From: an uncultured Bdellovibrionales bacterium
Lineage (GTDB): Bacteria; Patescibacteriota; Minisyncoccia; Moranbacterales; UBA1568
Assembly: GCA_964508015.1 (NCBI GenBank)
Contig: CAZDRG010000002.1
Coordinates: forward strand, 3,043 to 41,632
Direction of reading: 5' to 3'
DNA: 38,590 nucleotides
Made by a program: the position numbers and the translations under genes
Shown here: piece after piece, positions 36,372-38,590 of the stretch
How the letters are laid out: each line of letters opens with the position of its first letter
How positions within the stretch are numbered: the first letter of the stretch is position 1
The notes under the pieces: generated by a model
Databases searched by the model: none
What the model saw: only the letters and a program-made list of their open reading frames with translations
What the model was told of the DNA's origin: nothing

Positions 36372-36444
36372 GGAAAAGGAATCTTTTTCCTCGCTACGTG
36401 TTCGGAAACATGGGGCATCAGAAAAAAATCCCTTTTCCTTTTTT
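36372..36444 (+). repeat. Conserved long-hairpin element, copy 3 (divergent, opposite genomic orientation); terminator-shaped after the RND gene
   Basis: The core TTCGGAAACATGGGGCATCAGAAAAA matches the minus strand of copies 1 and 2 in 25 of 26 positions. The outer stem GGAAAAGG (36372-36379) with CCTTTTCC (36431-36438) is unrelated in sequence to copies 1 and 2 but still pairs. A T6 run follows (36439-36444). Confidence 0.7.
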
Positions 36445-36502
36445 GAAACGAGCCGCGTCTTACGTTCACTTGGATTATCTAAATATCTTTATTTACTCTC
36501 TT

Positions 36503-37225
36503 ATGCCCGCACCTATCACCCCAGCAGACGCTACTTTTCCCATGCGTCTCAATCGTTACCTCGCCAAGCAGGGAGTTGCTACTCGTCGTGAAGCTGACGC
36601 TCTGATTGAAGCCGGCCGCATCATCGTTAATGGACAGAAAGCCACACTTGGCATGAAAGTCACCGAGAAAGATCAGGTCACAGTCGAAAATGCCAATCGT
36701 CGACATCATACCTATCTTGCCTACTACAAACCACGCGGCATCATCACTCATTCTCCCCAAGGAAAAAGGGAATATTCCATCGCTGATGTAACCAAAAAAT
36801 CAGATCTCTTTCCGATTGGTCGTCTCGATAAAGACTCAGAGGGACTGATCATTCTCACCAACGATGGTCGTATCACCGAACGCTTGCTTCACCCTCGTTT
36901 TGCTCACGAAAAAGAATATGAGGTGACCGTACAGGAAACGATTGACGTCACCAAACTTCCCTATCTCGAAGCCGGTATCATGGAAGAAGGCGAGTTGCTC
37001 ACTGCCAAGTCAGCCCGCATCACGAGCAAGAATACCCTGACCATCGTTTTGACTGAAGGGAAGAAGCACCAGATTCGCCGCATGCTCTCAGCAATTCATC
37101 TCACCGTGGTGACGCTCAAACGAGTGCGCATCATGAATGTTCTTATTGGTGCCATGAATCCTGGCCAATCACGGCCGATTGCTGGGGCTGCCCGTGAAGC
37201 CTTCCTTGCCGATTTGGACCTGTAA
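36503..37225 (+). CDS. RsuA/RluB-family rRNA pseudouridine synthase with N-terminal S4 domain
   Basis: The S4 domain is MRLNRYLAKQGVATRREADALIEAGRIIVNG. The catalytic motif is GRLDKDSEGLIILTNDG. The start is taken at ATG 36503; the longer track ORF reads through hairpin element copy 3. Confidence 0.85.
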   Translation: MPAPITPADATFPMRLNRYLAKQGVATRREADALIEAGRIIVNGQKATLGMKVTEKDQVTVENANRRHHTYLAYYKPRGIITHSPQGKREYSIADVTKKSDLFPIGRLDKDSEGLIILTNDGRITERLLHPRFAHEKEYEVTVQETIDVTKLPYLEAGIMEEGELLTAKSARITSKNTLTIVLTEGKKHQIRRMLSAIHLTVVTLKRVRIMNVLIGAMNPGQSRPIAGAAREAFLADLDL

Positions 37226-37266
37226 GGGCAAACACGGGACTAGGTATCATTGTCCGCTCGTTTGTC

Positions 37267-37295
37267 TTGACGAAAACAAGAAAAAAGAGTATAAT
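37267..37295 (+). promoter_or_regulatory. Near-consensus sigma70-type promoter of an orphan small transcription unit
   Basis: TTGACG (37267-37272), an exact 17-nt spacer, then TATAAT (37290-37295). Confidence 0.55.
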
Positions 37296-37409
37296 AAACT
37301 GTTATTTAACAAATCGGACAACCCTGTACGAAGCCTCTCTCTTGGCTTTTTCATCACAGAGGATATTCTTCCTTCGTAGCCCAACCAAACCTTCTCGAAA
37401 GGAATTGCT

Positions 37410-37607
37410 ATGCCTCGGTTTTTTCGTTTCATTGGGTTCATCAGACCTCAAGAGGAGTTCTGTATGTATTTCCGGGAGGTGACACCACCACTGATGTTTG
37501 CAAAACAACTGGGATGGCGTCAAGCCGGCCCAGATCGCCGGGCTCGCAATCAACCGGCACATTTCACGCGCGTCGGATTGATTCGTCGCGGCCATCGCCA
37601 CTGGTAG
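37410..37607 (+). CDS. Possible small, very basic, Arg-rich protein (65 aa); alternatively non-coding structured leader
   Basis: The ATG is preceded by AAAGGA at 6 nt. The product has 12 Arg and 1 Lys against 4 acidic residues. The C-terminal half coincides with a GC-rich region that folds into a three-way-junction-like structure, so coding status is uncertain. Confidence 0.25.
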   Translation: MPRFFRFIGFIRPQEEFCMYFREVTPPLMFAKQLGWRQAGPDRRARNQPAHFTRVGLIRRGHRHW

Positions 37608-37624
37608 AATAGAAGGAGAGCATT

Positions 37625-37921
37625 ATGCCGTTTCAAGTGACACTTATACCTCCGATTAAGGGAAGCGTCAACCCACGCTGGGAAATTTTGGTTGCGCCAG
37701 AACATCGGCCGTCGTCTCAAAACAATGAGATGGCCACGCTCGAGAATATCTCTGCTTATGCTGCAATCAGTCTCTGCTATGGGTACGACAACATATCTCC
37801 CGAGGTCACGGAGACAGAGGATGGTGGTCTCCACATCAGATTCGCAGGCGGATATGGTAACTTCGGTGTTCTGGAGAAATTTCTTGAGTGGCTCAGCAAC
37901 CCACGTCATTACATCTGCTGA
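37625..37921 (+). CDS. Hypothetical small acidic protein (98 aa), family not recognised
   Basis: A strong SD, GAAGGAG (37612-37618), lies 6 nt before the ATG. The ORF is followed by a strong plus-strand intrinsic terminator. The competing antisense ORF has only a TTG start, and that start sits inside the terminator hairpin. Confidence 0.5.
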   Translation: MPFQVTLIPPIKGSVNPRWEILVAPEHRPSSQNNEMATLENISAYAAISLCYGYDNISPEVTETEDGGLHIRFAGGYGNFGVLEKFLEWLSNPRHYIC

Positions 37922-37943
37922 GGAGTCCTCCAGCAGAGCCTCA

Positions 37944-37990
37944 CAAGGCAGCAACGCATCCGCGTTCGCTGCCTTGTACTCTTTTTATAC
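37944..37990 (+). terminator. Intrinsic terminator of the orphan unit
   Basis: CAAGGCAGCAACGC (37944-37957) pairs with GCGTT-C-GCTGCCTTG (37962-37976) around loop ATCC. It is followed by TACTCTTTTTATAC. No U-run follows it on the minus strand. Confidence 0.65.
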
Positions 37991-38008
37991 TCAAAAACTG
38001 CTTATGCA

Positions 38009-38590
38009 TTACTCATAGCGCAAAGCCTCGATAGGATTCATACGAGCCGCGCGACTGGCCGGGTAGTAGCCAAAGACAATACCGATTGCCGTCGAAACCG
38101 CAAAGGCAAGTAGTATGGAACCCGAAGAAATGCTGGCTGGTAAACCAAGGGCCGTCGCGAGAAGCGACACAAGCCAACCGAGAAATATTCCAATCGCTCC
38201 ACCGGAAAAGGTCAGAACTATTGCCTCATATAGAAACTGCTTCCGAATATCCGCGCCCTCTGCTCCGATAGCCTTCCGTAAACCAATCTCCCGTGTGCGT
38301 TCAGTCACCGTCGTCAACATCATATTCATAATTCCAATACCTCCAACAAGCAAAGAGATACCAGCCACTGCGCCAAGAAGCGTCGTGAACACTCCTGTCA
38401 CCGATGAAGCAGTCGAGACAATATCTGCCTGATTCATAATTGAAAAATCTGCCTGAGTCACATCCGTAATTCGGTGACTCGCCAACAGAGTAGTTTTCAC
38501 CGCATCCAATGTCGTGTTCATATCGGCATCATTTCTGACCTGAATATTAATATTCGAAAGGTATTCATTGCCCGTAAAGAATTGTTGCGC
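38009..38590 (-). CDS. ABC transporter permease, FtsX/MacB family (C-terminal part; N-terminus lies beyond the window)
   Basis: GIGIMNMMLTTVTERTREIGLRKAIGAEGADIRKQFLYEAIVLTFSGG...YPASRAARMNPIEALRYE is a canonical FtsX-domain C-terminus. I translated the frame upstream of the track's ATG by hand, and it remains open to base 38590. Confidence 0.8.
   Translation of the reverse strand, partial: AQQFFTGNEYLSNINIQVRNDADMNTTLDAVKTTLLASHRITDVTQADFSIMNQADIVSTASSVTGVFTTLLGAVAGISLLVGGIGIMNMMLTTVTERTREIGLRKAIGAEGADIRKQFLYEAIVLTFSGGAIGIFLGWLVSLLATALGLPASISSGSILLAFAVSTAIGIVFGYYPASRAARMNPIEALRYE

Noticed and set aside
36398-36502. N-terminal extension of the pseudouridine synthase (track start at 36398)
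   Set aside because: The extension is read through hairpin element copy 3 and its T-run. The conserved S4 domain begins just after ATG 36503.
37470-37605. Cobalamin, SAM or ZTP riboswitch in the orphan-unit leader; GCCACTG and CCACTGATG strings
   Set aside because: Only isolated short matches exist. The B12 box, the SAM-I GAGGGA...GCAACC core and the ZTP CCGCCUGGGC pseudoknot element are all absent. No known class can be assigned by eye.
37550-37954. 134-aa minus-strand ORF antisense to the 98-aa ORF
   Set aside because: Its only start is a TTG buried in the terminator hairpin, with no SD. The plus-strand ORF has a strong SD, an upstream consensus promoter and a plus-oriented terminator.
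1-38590. Alternative genetic code (UGA recoding, as in some candidate phyla), CRISPR arrays, transposases or integrases
   Set aside because: All conserved genes are full-length under the standard code with no in-frame UGA interruptions. No spaced direct-repeat arrays and no recombinase-like ORFs are present.

Overview
This is a compact window, mostly housekeeping genes, read under the standard genetic code. Most ORFs are intact and tightly packed. A long co-directional minus-strand block runs from 17905 to 31704. The gene content is DUF4012, a lamin-tail/PKD surface protein, RNase Y, a ThrRS without its TGS domain, an RNHCP protein and a lipoprotein nuclease, and there are few biosynthetic genes. 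I infer, but cannot prove, that this fits a Patescibacteria (CPR)-type or similarly reduced genome.

Confident calls are thrS, hup, rny, gpmI, clpP, tig, ppa, nusA, lgt, mutY, mnmA, a P1B-type ATPase, an S1 serine protease, an RND pump with its adaptor, an RsuA/RluB-type pseudouridine synthase, a YvcK/CofD-like protein, an FNR-like oxidoreductase, and three tRNAs: Gly-CCC, Gly-UCC and Pro-UGG. No CRISPR array, integrase, transposase or reverse transcriptase is visible.

Five things deserve a second look:
1. A family of three conserved long hairpin elements sits at 8651-8781, 11361-11488 and 36372-36444. They share a roughly 45-nt core, have unrelated but still pairing outer stems, and show a compensatory base-pair change.
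2. The first two copies are direct repeats. They bracket a compositionally mosaic segment of about 2.6 kb. It holds a GC-richer pair of small membrane proteins, a strongly AT-rich single-gene island encoding a wHTH-GHKL ATPase-STAS(DUF4325) fusion, and tRNA-Gly(UCC).
3. Upstream of that fusion gene is a consensus TTGACA-N17-TATAAT promoter. It is embedded in seven same-orientation TTGT[A/C]AAC sites spaced at multiples of about 11 bp.
4. An orphan unit at 37267-37990 has a consensus promoter, a long structured leader, two small SD-preceded ORFs and a strong terminator.
5. A G-rich structured element lies upstream of thrS. It has a 10-nt perfect long-range complement.

All composition statements are by eye. 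Nothing was computed or searched.
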